Part shown: positions 1 through 15,200 of the stretch, piece after piece
Layout: every line of letters begins with the position of its first letter
How positions within the stretch are numbered: position 1 is the first letter of the stretch
Assembly: GCF_009914755.1 (NCBI RefSeq)
Contig: NC_060940.1
Length of the DNA stretch: 64,000 nt
Direction: 5' to 3' (one strand)
Source of the DNA: the human T2T-CHM13v2.0 reference genome, Homo sapiens
Position numbers and translations under genes: made by a program
The notes under the pieces: generated by a model
Seen by the model: the letters and a program-made list of their open reading frames with translations, nothing else
The model's database searches: none
What the model was told of the DNA's origin: nothing

Positions 1-3000
1 GGATGAGTCCATTCGATTACATTCGATGATTATTCCATTCGAGTGCATTAGATGATTCCATTCGAGTCCATTCGATGATTCCATTCGATGTTGATTCTGT
101 TCAAATCCATTCGATGATTCCACTCGATTCCATTCGATGACTCCAGTTGATCCCATTCGATGATTTCCTTTGATTCCCTTTGATGATCATTCCATTTGAT
201 TCAATTCGGTGATTTCATTTGATTCCATTCAGTGATGTTTCCATTCGACTCCATTCGATGATGATTCCATTCGACTCCATTCGATTATGATTTCATTCAA
301 TTCCATTCGATAATGATTCCCTTCGAGTCCATTCGATGATTCCATTCGATTCCATTCAACGATGATTTGATTCGTGTCCATTCGATGATTCCATTTGATT
401 CCACTTGATGATGATTCCATTCGAGTCCATTTGATGATTCCATTCAATTCCATTCTCCGATGATTTCTTTTGAGCCCATTCAATGCTTCCACTCGATTCC
501 ATATGATGATGACTCCATTCGATGAAATTCGATGATGATTCCATTCGCTTGCATTCGATGATGATTCCACTTGAGTCCATTAGAAGATTCTATTCAATTA
601 CATTCCATGACGATTCCGTTCGAGTCCATTTGATGATTCCATTAGACTCCATTCGATGATGATTCCATTCGATGTTATTCGATGATTCCATTCGATCTCA
701 TTCGATGATGATTCCATTCAACTCCATTCGATGTTTCCATTCGAGTTCATTCTATTATTCCATTAGATTCCATTCGATGATGATTCCATTCGATTCCATT
801 TGATGATTGCATTCTATTTCATTTGATGATGATTCCATTCGAGTCCACTCGATGATTCCATTCGAGTCCATTTAATGAATCCATTGGTTTCAATTCTATG
901 ATGATTACATTGGATTACATTCGTTGATGATTTCATTCGGATCCATTCAATGATGATTCCATTCAATTCCTTTCAATGTTTCCATTCAATTCCATACGAT
1001 GATGATTCCATTTGATTTGATTCGACAGTGAGCCATTCGATTCAATTCCATGATGATTCTATTTGATTCAATTGGTTGACATTTACATTCGATTCCATTC
1101 GATGATGATTCCCTTTGATTCCGTTCAAAGATGATTCCATTCTAGCCCATTCAATCATTCCATTCGATTCTATTCAATGATGATTCCATTCATGTCGATT
1201 TGGTGATTCCATTTGACTTCATTTGATGATGATTCCTTTCAAGTTCATTAGATGATTCCATTCGATTCCATTTGATGATGATCCCATTCGAGTCCATTCA
1301 GTGATTCCACTCGTTTCCATTCCATGATGATTCCATTCCATTCCATTCAATGATTCCATTCGATTCCGTTTGATGATGATTTCATTCGAGTCCATTTGAT
1401 GATTCCATTTGATTCCATTCGATGATGATTCCATTCGAGTCCATTCGATGATTCTATTCGAATCCATTTGATGATTTCTTTTGATTATAGTTGGTGATGA
1501 TTCCATTGGAGTCCATTCAATGATTCCATTTGATTCCAATCGATGGTGATTCCATTAGAGTCCATTTAATGATTCCATTTGATTCCAGTCTCTGATGATT
1601 ACATTCGAGTCCATACGATGATTCCACTGAATTCCATATGATGATGATTCCATTCGATTCCATTCGATGATTCCATTCTATTCTATTCAATGGTGATTCC
1701 ATTCGAGTACATTAGATGATTCCATTCGATTCCATTCAATGATGATTCTATTTGTGTCCCTTAGATGATTCCACATGATTCCATTAGATGATGATACTAT
1801 TTGAGCCCATCCAATGATTCCCTTCGATTCCATTCGATGAGGATTCCATTCGATTCAATTCATTGGTGATTCTATTCAATTCAATTCTTTGATTCCATTC
1901 CATTCCATTCGACAATGATTCCATTCGATTTCTTTCGATGATTCCACTCGATTCCACTTGACATTGATTCCATTCGATTCCATTCAATGATTCCATTTGA
2001 TTCCAGTGGATGATGATTGCCATCGATTCCATTCGATCACTCCATTCTATTCCATTTGATGATGATTACATTCGATTCCATTTGACGACTCCATCTGATT
2101 CTATTCGAGGATTCCATTTGATTCCATTCGATGATGATTCCATTCGAGTCCATTCGATGATTTCATTCGAGTACATCCAATGATTCCATTCGAGTCCATT
2201 TGATGATTCCATTTGATTCCATTTGATAATGATTCTACTAGAGTCCATTCAATGACTCCATTCGTGTCCATTCAACAATTCCATTCGACTCCATTTGATG
2301 ATTCCATTCGATTCCATTTGATGGTTCCATTCGAGTCCATTTAATCATTACAGTCGAGTCCATTTGGTGATTCCACCGGATTTCTTTTGATAATGATACC
2401 ATACAATTAAATTTGATGATGATCCCATTCAATTTCATTTGATGATGATTCCATTAGAGTCCATTCGATGATTTCATTCGAGTCCCTTCACTGATTCCAT
2501 CCGATTTCATTGGATGATGACTCCATTCGAGTCCATTCGATGATTCCACTCGATTCCATTAGATGATTCCATTGGAGTCCATTTGATTGTTCCATTCGAT
2601 TCCATTCGATTCCTTTCGAAGATTATTCCATTTGAGTCCATTCGATGATGATTCCATTCCATTCCATTCGATGATTCCGTTTGATTCCATTCAATGATTC
2701 CCTTCGATTCCTCTCTTTGATGATTCCATTCCATTCCATTCAATGATTCCATTCGAATCTATTCCATGATGATTCCTTTCGATTCCATTCGCTGATGTTT
2801 CCGTTCAATTCCATTCGATGATGATTCCATTCGATTCCATTCATTGAGGATTCCATTTGATTCCATTAAATGATGATTCCGTTCTATTCCATTCAATGAT
2901 TGCATTCAATTCCATTCAATGATTATCCCCTTAGAGTAAACTCAACGATTCCATTCAATACCATTCGATGATGATTCCTTTTGAGTCCATTCAATGATTT

Positions 3001-6000
3001 CATTCAAGTCCATTTGATGATTCCTTTCAATTCCATTCTATGATGATTCCATTCGAGTCCATTCGATGATTCCATTTGATTGCATTCGATTATTCCATTA
3101 CATTCCAGTCAACGATGATTCCATTCGAGTCCATTCGATGATTCCATTAGAGTACATTTAATGATTGATTTGTTTTCAATTCGAAGATGATTACATTGGA
3201 TTCCATTCTATGATACCATTCGATTCCATTCAATGATGATTCCACTCAAATCCATTGGATGATTCCATTCGTGTCCATTCGGTGATTTCATTAGATTCCA
3301 TTCGAGGATGATTCCATTCGATTCCATTCGATGATTCCATTCAATTCCATTCGATGATGATTCCATTCCAGTCCATATGATCATTCCATTTGATTTCATT
3401 CGATGATGATTCCATTCGATTCCATTCGATGATTCCATTCTATTCCATTCGATGATGATTCCATTCGAGTCCATTCGATGATTGCATTCGAGTCCATTTA
3501 ATGATTCCATTGGGTTCAATTCAATGATGATTACATTGGATTCCGTTCTATGATTCCATTCAATTCCGTTCATTGACAATTTGATTCCATTCGATGATGA
3601 TTCCATTTGAGTTCATTCGATGATTCTATTCGATTCTCTTCGATGGTGATTCAATTCTATTATATTGGATGATTCCATTCGATTCCATTTGATGTTGATT
3701 CAATTCGATTCTATTCGATGATGATTCCATTGGATTTCACTTGATGATTCTATTCGATTCCATTCAATGATGATTCACTTCTCGTCCATTGGATGATTCC
3801 ATTTCATTCCATTCGATGATGATTCCATTCGATTCCATTCGATGATTCCATTTGATTCCATGCGACGGTGAGCAATTCGATTCAATTCCATGATGATTGT
3901 ATTTGATTCAATTAGATGATGTTTCCATTCGAATCCATTCCATGATTATTCCATTGGAATCCATTCGGCGATGATTAAATATGAGTCAATTCAATGATGA
4001 TTCCATATGGGTACGTTCGATGATAATTCCATTTGATTTCATTCGATGCTTCTATTCAATTCCAGTTGATGATGATTCCGTTGGAGTCCATACGATGATT
4101 CCATTTGATTTCATTTGATGATGATTCCATTCGATGATGATTACATTGGATTCCATTCTATGATTCCATTCAATTCCATTCGTTGATGATTCGATTCCAT
4201 TAAATGATGATTCCATTTGAGTTCATTCGATGATTCTATTCGATTCCGTTCGATGGTGATTCAATTCTCTTATATTGGATGATTCCACTCGATTCCATTT
4301 GATGATTATTCCATTGGAGTCCACTTAGTGAATCCTTTAGATTCTACTCGAAGATGATTCCATTCGAGTCCATTCAATGATACCATTCAATTTCATTCGT
4401 TGATGCTTCCATTCAAGTGCATTCGATGACATCATTCGATTCCATTTGGTGATAATTCCATTTGATTCCATGCGATGATTCTATTCGATTCCATTCAATG
4501 ATAATTCCATTCAATTCAGTGATTCCTCTGGACTCCATTTGATGATGATTCCATTCAATGATTCCATTCGATTCTATTCCAAAATGATTCCATTTGAATC
4601 CATTTGATGATGATTCCATTAGATTCCATTTGATGATTCCATTCGATTCCATTTGACGATGATTCCATTCGATTCCATTTGATGATTCCATTCTATTCTA
4701 TTCGATGATGATTCCATTCGATTCCATTTGATGATGATTGGATTCGATTCCATTTGATGATTTCATTTGATTCCATTCGTTAATGATTTCGATCAACTCC
4801 ATTCGATGATTCCATTTGATTCCATTCGATAATGATTACATCCGAGTCCTTTCGATGATTCCATTTGAGCCTGTTCGATAATTCCATTTGAGTCCAATCA
4901 ATGATTCCATTCATTTCCATTCAATGATTCCATTCGAGTCCATTTGATCATTCTGGTAGGGTCCGTTCGATGTTGATTCCATTGGAGTGCATTCGATGAT
5001 TCCATTCGAGTCCATTTTATGATTTGATTCGAGTCCTTTCGATGATTCCATTCGATTCCACTCGATGATGATTTCATTCGAGTCCATTCGACACTTCCAA
5101 TCGATTCCATTTGATGTTTCCATTCGAGTCCAATTGATGATTCCATTCAATTCCATTCGATGATGATTCCGTACGATTCCATTCTGTGATGATTCCATGT
5201 GATTGCATTCAATGATGATTCCTTTCGATTGCATTCGATTATGATTCATTTCGTGTTCATTCTATGGTTCCACAGGTTTCCATTCGATGACGTTTCCGTT
5301 CGTGTCCATTCCATTATTCCATTCTATTTCATTTGATGATGATTCCATTCGATTCCATTCATTGGTGATTCCACTCAATTCCATTCAATGATTCCATTCC
5401 ATTTCTTTCAACAATGATTCCATTAGTTTCTAATCGATGATCCACTTGATTCCATTTGACGACGATTCCATTCTTGTCCATTCGATGATTCCATTTGATT
5501 CCATATGATGATGATTCCATTCGATTCCATACGATGATGATTCCATTCGAGTCCATTCAATGGTGATTCCATTCAATTCCATTCGATGATTCCTTTCGAT
5601 TCCATTCGATGATGATGGCATTCGATTCCTTTCAATCATTCCCTTTGATTCCATTCAAAGGTGATTTCATTCAAGTCCATTCGATAATTGCATTCGATTC
5701 CATTCTATGATGATTCCATTCGAGTCCATTTGATGATTCCATTCAATTCAAGTCAATGATGATTCCATTCGATTCCATTCGATGATTCCATTGGATTCCA
5801 TTCGATGATGATTCCATTCAAATCCATTCGATAATTCAATTCAAGTCCATTCGATGATGATTAAAATCGAATCCATTCAAAGATTCCATTCAGTTCCATT
5901 CGATGATTCCCTTAGATTCCATTCGATGATTCCACTTGATTTCATTTACGATGATTCCATTCGATTCCATGTGATGATTCCATTCAATTCTATTCAATGC

Positions 6001-6118
6001 TGTTTCCATTTGATTCCATTCGACCATGATTGCCTTTGATTCCATTCAATGACTCCATTCGGTTCCTTTTGATGATGATTCCGTTCGATTCCATTTCATT
6101 ATTCCATTTGATTCCATT
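1..6118 (+). repeat. 6.1-kb monomer, copy 1 (6118 bp; arbitrary phase at GGATGAGTCC)
   Basis: Landmark GGATGAGTCCATTCGATTAC at 1 recurs at 6119. Other once-per-unit landmarks are ATCCCCTTAGAGTAAACTCAAC (~2926) and GGTTCCACAGG (~5266). Confidence 0.93.
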
Positions 6119-9100
6119 GGATGAGTCCATTCGATTACATTCGATGATTATTCCATTCGAGTGCATTAGATGATTCCATTCGAGTCCATTCGATGATTCC
6201 ATTCGATTCCATTCGATGTTGATTCTGTTCAAATCCATTCGATGATTCCACTCGATTCCATTCGATGACTCCAGTTGATCCCATTCGATGATTTCCTTTG
6301 ATTCCCTTTGATGATCATTCCATTTGATTCAATTCGGTGATTTCATTTGATTCCATTCAGTGATGTTTCCATTCGACTCCATTCGATGATGATTCCATTC
6401 GACTCCATTCGATTATGATTTCATTCAATTCCATTCGATAATGATTCCCTTTGAGTCCATTCGATGATTCCATTCGATTCCATTCAACGATGATTTGATT
6501 CGTGTCCATTCGATGATTCCATTTGATTCCACTTGATGATGATTCCATTCGAGTCCATTTGATGATTCCATTCAATTCCATTCTCCGATGATTTCTTTTG
6601 AGCCCACTCAATGCTTCCACTCGATTCCATATGATGATGACTCCATTCGATGAAATTCGATGATGATTCCATTCGCTTGCATTCGATGATGATTCCACTT
6701 GAGTCCATTAGAAGATTCTATTCAATTACATTCCATGACGATTCCGTTCGAGTCCATTTGATGATTCCATTAGACTCCATTCGACGATGATTCCATTCGA
6801 TGTTATTCGATGATTCCATTCGATCTCATTCGATGATGATTCCATTCAACTCCATTCGATGTTTCCATTCGAGTTCATTCTATTATTCCATTAGATTCCA
6901 TTCGATGATGATTCCATTCGATTCCATTTGATGATTGCATTCTATTTCATTTGATGATGATTCCATTCGAGTCCACTCGATGATTCCATTCGAGTCCATT
7001 TAATGAATCCATTGGTTTCAATTCTATGATGATTACATTGGATTCCATTCGTTGATGATTTCATTCGGTTCCATTCAATGATGATTCCATTCAATTCCTT
7101 TCAATGTTTCCATTCAATTCCATACGATGATGATTCCATTTGATTTGATTCGACAGGGAGCCATTCGATTCAATTCCATGATGATTCTATTTGATTCCAT
7201 TGGTTGACATTTCCATTCGATTCCATTCGATGATGATTCCCTTTGATTCCATTCAAAGATGATTCCATTCTAGCCCATTCAATCATTCCATTCGATTCTA
7301 TTCAATGATGATTCCATTCATGTCGATTTGGTGATTCCATTTGACTTCATTTGATGATGATTCCTTTCAAGTTCATTAGATGATTCCATTCGATTCCATT
7401 TGATGATGATCCCATTCGAGTCCATTCAGTGATTCCACTCGTTTCCATTCCATGATGATTCCATTCCATTCCATTCAATGATTCCATTCGATTCCGTTTG
7501 ATGATGATTTCATTCGAGTCCATTTGATGATTCCACTTGATTCCATTCGATGATGATTCCATTCGAGTCCATTCGATGATTCTATTCGAATCCATTTGAT
7601 GATTTCTTTTGATTATAGTTGGTGATGATTCCATTGGAGTCCATTCAATGATTCCATTTGATTCCAGTCTCTGATGATTACATTCGAGTCCATACGATGA
7701 TTCCACTCAATTCCATATGATGATGATTCCATTCGATTCCATTCGGTGATTCCATTCTATTCTATTCAATGGTGATTCCATTCGAGTACATTAGATGATT
7801 CCATTCGATTCCATTCAATGATGATTCTATTTGTGTCCCTTAGATGATTCCACATGATTCCATTAGATGATGATACTATTTGAGCCCATCCAATGATACC
7901 CTTCGATATCATTCGATGAGGATTCCATTCGATTCAATTCATTGGTGATTCTATTCAATTCAATTCTTTGATTCCATTCCATTCCATTCGACAATGATTC
8001 CATTCGATTTCTTTCGATGATTCCACTCGATTCCACTTGACATTGATTCCATTCGATTCCATTCAATGATTCCATTTGATTCCAGTGGATGATGATTGCC
8101 ATCGATTCCATTCGATCACTCCATTCTATTCCATTTGATGATGATTACATTCGATTCCATTTGACGATTCCATCTGATTCTATTCGAGGATTCCATTTGA
8201 TTCCATTCGATGATGATTCCATTCGAGTCCATTCGATGATTTCATTCGAGTACATCCAATGATTCCATTCGAGTCCATTTGATGATTCCATTTGATTCCA
8301 TTTGATAATGATTCTACTAGAGTCCATTCAATGACTCCATTCGAGTCCATTCAACAATTCCATTCGACTCCATTTGATGATTCCATTGGATTCCATTTGA
8401 TGATTCCATTCGAGTCCATTTAATCATTACAGTCGAGTCCATTTGGTGATTCCACCGGATTTCTTTTGATAATGATACCATTCAATTACATTTGATGATG
8501 ATCCCATTCAATTTCATTTGATGATGATTCCATTAGAGTCCATTCGATGATTTCATTCGAGTCCCTTCATTGATTCCATCCGATTTCATTGGATGATGAC
8601 TCCATTCGAGTCCATTCGATGATTCCACTCGATTCCATTAGATGATTCCATTGGAGTCCATTTGATTGTTCCATTCGATTCCATTCGATTCCTTTCGAAG
8701 ATTATTCCATTTGAGTCCATTCGATGATGATTCCATTCCATTCCATTCGATGATTCCGTTTGATTCCATTCGATGATTCCCTTCGATTCCTTTCTTTGAT
8801 GATTCCATTCCATTCCATTCAATGATTCCATTCGAATCTATTTCATGATGATTCCTTTCGATTCCATTCGCTGATGTTTCCGTTCAATTCCATTCGATGA
8901 TGATTCCATTCGATTCCATTCATTGAGGATTCCATTTGATTCCATTCAATGATGATTCCGTTCTATTCCATTCAATGATTGCATTCAATTCCATTCAATG
9001 ATTATCCCCTTAGAGTAAACTCAACGATTCCATTCAATACCATTCGATGATGATTCCTTTTGAGTCCATTCAATGATTTCATTCAAGTCCATTTGATGAT

Positions 9101-12100
9101 TCCTTTCAATTCCATTCTATGATGATTCCATTCGAGTCCATTCGATGATTCCATTCGATTGCATTCGATTATTCCATTATATTCCAGTCAACGATGATTC
9201 CATTCGAGTCCATTCGATGATTCCATTAGAGTACATTTAATGATTGCTTTGTTTTCAATTCGAAGATGATTACATTGGATTCCATTCTATGATACCATTC
9301 GATTCCATTCAATGATGATTCTACTCAAATCCATTGGATGATTCCATTCGTGTCCATTCGGTGATTTCATTAGATTCCATTCGAGGATGATTCCATTCGA
9401 TTCCATTCGATGATTCCATTCAATTCAATTCGAGGATGATTCCATTCCAGTCCATATGATCATTCCATTTGATTTCATTCGATGATGATTCCATTCGATT
9501 CCATTCGATGATTCCATTCTATTCCATTCGATGATGATTCCATTCGAGTCCATTCGATGATTCCATTCGAGTCCATTTAATGATTCCATTGGGTTCAATT
9601 CAATGATGATTACATTGGATTCCGTTCTATGATTCCATTCAATTCCGTTCATTGACAATTTGATTCCATTCGATGATGATTCCATTTGAGTTCATTCGAT
9701 GATTCTATTCGATTCTCTTCGATGGTGATTCAATTCTATTATATTGGATGATTCCATTCGATTCCATTTGATGTTGATTCAATTCGATTCTATTCGATGA
9801 TGATTCCATTGGATTTCACTTGATGATTCTATTCGATTCCATTCAATGATGATTCACTTCTCGTCCATTGGATGATTCCATTTCATTCCATTCGATGATG
9901 ATTCCATTCGATTCCATTCGATGATTCCATTTGATTCCATGCGACGGTGAGCAATTCGATTCAATTCCATGATGATTCTATTTGATTCAATTAGATGATG
10001 TTTCCATTCGAATCCATTCCATGATTATTCCATTGGAATCCATTTGGCGATGATTCCATATGAGTCAATTCAATGATGATTCCATATGGGTCCGTTCGAT
10101 GATAATTCCATTTGATTTCATTCGATGCTTCTATTCTATTCCAGTCGATGATGATTCCGTTGGAGTCCATACGATGATTCCATTTGATTTCATTTGATGA
10201 TGATTCCATTCGATGATGATTACATTGGATTCCATTCTATGATTCCATTCAATTCCATTCGTTGATGATTCGATTCCATTCAATGATGATTCCATTTGAG
10301 TTCATTCGATGATTCTATTCGATTCCGTTCGATGGTGATTCAATTCTCTTATATTGGATGATTCCACTCGATTCCATTTGATGATTATTCCATTGGAGTC
10401 CACTTAGTGAATCCTTTAGATTCTACTCGAAGATGATTCCATTCGAGTCCATTCAATGATACCATTCAATTTCATTCATTGATGCTTCCATTCAAATGCA
10501 TTCGATGATATCATTCGATTCCATTTGATGATAATTCCATTTGATTCCATGCGATGATTCTATTCGATTCCATTCAATGATAATTCCATTCAATTCAGTG
10601 ATTCCTCTGGACTCCATTTGATGATGATTCCATTCAATGATTCCATTCGATTCTATTCCAAAATGATTCCATTTGAATCCATTTGATGATGATTCCATTA
10701 GATTCCATTTGATGATTCCATTCAATTGCATTTGACGATGATTCCATTCGATTCCATTTGATGATTCCATTCTATTCTATTCTATGATGATTCCATTCGA
10801 TTCCATTTGATGATGATTGGATTCGATTCCATTTGATGATTTCATTTGATTCCATTCGTTAATGATTTCGATCAACTCCATTCGATGATTCCATTTGATT
10901 CCATTCGATAATGATTACATCCGAGTCCATTCGATGATTCCATTTGAGCCCGTTCGATAATTCCATTTGAGTCCAATCAATGATTCCATACATTTCCATT
11001 CAATGATTCCATTCGAGTCCATTTGATCATTCTGGTAGGGTCCGTTCGATGTTGATTCCATTGGAGTGCATTCGATGATTCCATTCGAGTCCATTTTATG
11101 ATTTGATTCGAGTCCTTTCGATGATTCCATTCGATTCCACTCGATGATGATTTCATTCGAGTCCATTCGACACTTCCAATCGATTCCATTTGATGTTTCC
11201 ATTCGAGTCCAATTGATGATTCCATTCAATTGCATTCGATGATGATTCCGTACGACTCCATTCTGTGATGATTCCATGTGATTGCATTCAATGATGATTC
11301 CTTTCGACTGCATTCGATTATGATTCATTTCGTGTTCATTCTATGGTTCCACAGGTTTCCATTCGATGACGTTTCCGTTCGTGTCCATTCCATTATTCCA
11401 TTCTATTTCATTTGATGATGATTCCATTCGATTCCATTCATTGGTGATTCCACTCAATTCCATTCAATGATTCCATTCCATTTCTTTCAACAATGATTCC
11501 ATTAGTTTCTATTCGATGATCCACTTGATTCCATTTGGCGATGATTCCATTCGTGTCCATTCGATGATTCCATTTGATTCCATATGATGATGATTCCATT
11601 CGATTCCATACCATGATGATTCCATTCGAGTCCATTCAATGGTGATTCCATTCAATTCCATTCGATGATTCCTTCCGATTCCATTCGATGATGATGGCAT
11701 TCGATTCCTTTCAATCATTCCCTTTGATTCCATTCAAAGGTGATTTCATTCAAGTCCATTCGATAATTGCATTCGATTCCATTCTATGATGATTCCATTC
11801 GAGTCCATTTGATGATTCCATTCAATTCAAGTCAATGATGATTCCATTCGATTCCACTCGATGATTCCATTGGATTCCATTCGATGATGATTCCATTCAA
11901 ATCCATTCGATAATTCAATTCAAGTCCATTCGATGATGATTCCAATCGAATCCATTCAAAGATTCCATTCAATTCCATTCGATGATGATTCCCTTAGATT
12001 CCATTCGATGATTCCACTTGATTCCATTTACGATGATTCCATTCGATTCCATGTGATGAATCCATTCAGTTCTATTCAATGATGTTTCCATTTGATTCCA

Positions 12101-12200
12101 TTGGACCATGATTGCCTTTGATTCCATTCAATGATTCCATTCGGTTCCATTTGATGATGATTCCGTTCGATTCCATTTCATTATTCCATTTGATTCCATT
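6119..12200 (+). repeat. 6.1-kb monomer, copy 2 (6082 bp; 49-bp deletion near 7650)
   Basis: Landmark at 6119 and 12201. ORF spacing 7347->7863 is 516 versus 565 in canonical units. Confidence 0.93.
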
Positions 12201-15200
12201 GGATGAGTCCATTCGATTACATTCGATGATTATTCCATTCGAGTGCATTAGATGATTGCATTCGAGTCCATTCGATGATTCCATTCGATTCCATTCGATG
12301 TTGATTCTGTTCAAATCCATTCGATGATTCCACTCGATTCCATTAGATGACTCCATTTGATCACATTCGATGATTTCCTGTGATTCCCTTTGATGATCAT
12401 TCTATTTGATTCAATTCGGTGATTTCATTTCATTGCATTCAGTGATGTTTCCATTCGACTGTATTCGATGATGATTCCATTCGACTCCATTCGATTATGA
12501 TTTCATTCAATTCCATTCAATAATGATTCCCTTCGAGTCCATTCGATGATTCCATTCGATTCCATTCAACGATGATTTGATTCGTTTCCATTCGATGATT
12601 CCATTTGATTCCACTTGATGATGATTCCATTCGAGTCTATTTATGTATTATATTCGTGTCCACTTCATGATTCCATTCAATTCCATTTAATGTTGATTCC
12701 ATTTGATTCCATTTGATGATTCAGTTCGATTCCTTGCAATGATTCCCTACGATTCCTTTCTATGATGATTCCATTCGATTCCATTCATTGATGATTTCAT
12801 TCGACTCCATTCGATGATGATTCCTTTCGATTCCATTTGACGATGTTTCCATTCGAGTCCATTCGATCATGATTCTATTCAATTCTGTTCTATTATGATT
12901 CCATTCGATTTCATTCAATGCTTCTATTTGATTCCATTCGATGATGATTCCATCTCTTTCCCTTCGATGATTCCATTTGATTCCATTCAGTGATGATTCC
13001 ATTTGATTCCATCTGATGATGATTTCACTTGATTCCTTTCAATGATGATTCAATTCAAGTCCATTCGATGATTCCATTGGAGTCCAAACGATCATTCCGT
13101 TCGATTCCATTCAATGGTGATTCCATTCATGTCCATTCGATGAATCCATTCAATTCCATTCGATGATGACTCCATTCGAGTACATTCGATGATTCCATTT
13201 GATTCCATTTGAAGATGATTCCATTCAATTCCATTCGAAGATGATTCCATTCAATTCCATTCGATGATGATTCCGTATGAATCCATTCTCTGATTATTCC
13301 ATTCGATTCCATTCATTGACGATTCCATTCAATTCCATTCAATGATGATTCTCTTCTATTCCATTCGATGATTCCGGTCGATTCCATTCGATGATGATTC
13401 CATTAGATTCCATTCGATTGTTGCATTCGATTCCCTTCGATGATGATTCCTTTGAATTCCATTCGATTATCATTCCGTATGAATCCATTTGATGATTATT
13501 CCATTGGATTCCTTTCGATGATGATTCCATTCGATTCCATTTGATGATGTTTCTCTTGTATTCCATTGGATAATTCCTTTCAGTTCCCTTCGATGATTAT
13601 TCTTTCGAGTCAATTCGATGATTCTATTCCATTCCCTTCGATGATGATTACATTTCACTCCATTTGATGATTCCATTCGACTCAATTTGGTGATGATTCA
13701 ATTCGATGACATTCGATGACTCCATTCAATTTCATTTGATGATGATTGCATTCGAGTCCATTTGATGATTGTATTCCTTTCCTTTTGATGATTATTCCAT
13801 TCGTGTCTATTCAAAGATTCCATTCTATTCCATTCAATGATGATTGCATTTGATTCCATTCAATGATTATGGCTATCGATTCCACTCGTTGATTCCATTT
13901 GATTCCGTTCGAGGATTATTCCGTTAGATTCCATTAGAAGATTCCATTCGATTTTATTCAATGATTCCAATGGATTCCATTCAATGATGATTCCATTCGA
14001 CTCCATTCAGTGATTCCATTCGAGTCCATTTGATGATTCCATTTTTTTCCATTTGATGATGATTCCATTAGGGTCCATTCAATGATTCCATTCGAGTCCA
14101 TTCGTTAACGCCTTTCGAGTCCTTTTGATCACTACATTCGAGTCCATTCAATGATTCTATTCGATTCCATTCGATGATGATTCCATTCGAGTTCATTCGA
14201 TGATTGCATTCGAGTCCATTTGATGATTCCAAATGATTCCATTCGACAATGATTCCATTCGTGTCCATTTGATGATTCCATTCATTTCCTATCGATGAAG
14301 ATTCCGTTCAAGTGTATTCGATGATTCCATTCAAATCCATTCGATGATGATTCCATTCCAGTCCATTCGATCATTCCACTTGATTCCATTTGATGACTAT
14401 TCCATTCAAATCCATTTGATGATTCCATTCGATTCCATTCGATGTTACCATTCGAGTATATACGATGATTCCACTCGATTCCATTTGATGATTATTCCAT
14501 TGGAGTCCACTTAGTGAATCCTTTAGATTCTACTGGAAGATGATTCCCTTCGAGTCCATTCGATGATACCATTCAATTCCATTCGTTGATGCTTCCATTC
14601 AAGTGCATTCGATGATATCATTCGATTCCATTTGATGATAATTCCATTTGATTCCATGCGATGATTCTATTCGATTCCATTCAATGATAATTCCATTCAA
14701 TTCAGTGATTCCTCTGGACTCCATTTGATGATGATTCCATTCAATGATTCCATTCGATTCTATTCGAAAATGATTCCATTTGAATCCATTTGATGATGAT
14801 TCCATTGGATTCCATTTGATGATTCCATTCGATTCCATTCGATGATGATTCCATTCGATTCCATTTGATGATTCCATTCTATTGCATTCGATGATGATTC
14901 CATTCGATTCCATTCGATGATGATTGGATTCGATTCCATTTGATTCCATTCGATAATGATTTCGATCAATTCCATTCGATGATTCCATTCGATTCCATTC
15001 GATAATGATTACATCCGAGTCCATTCGATGATTCCATTTGAGCCCGTTCGATAATTCCATTTGAGTCCAATCAATGATTCCATTCATTTCCATTCAATGA
15101 TTCCATTCGAGTCCATTTGATCATTCCGGTAGGGTCCGTTCGATGTTGATTCCATTGGTGTGCATTCGATGATTCCATTCGAGTCCATTTTAGGATTTGA

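Noticed and set aside
5854-6039. Recurrent + strand 61-aa ORF MMIKIESIQRF
   Set aside because: A chance stop-free stretch of satellite, absent from some unit classes, with no recognisable domain.
12636-12655. AT-rich TATA-like stretch TCTATTTATGTATTATATT at the junction
   Set aside because: Explicable as a decayed satellite subunit, with no other promoter evidence.
12638-14464. Transposon or viral insertion
   Set aside because: The segment is itself HSat2-like, has no TSD, poly-A, LTR or TIR, and replaces rather than interrupts monomer sequence.
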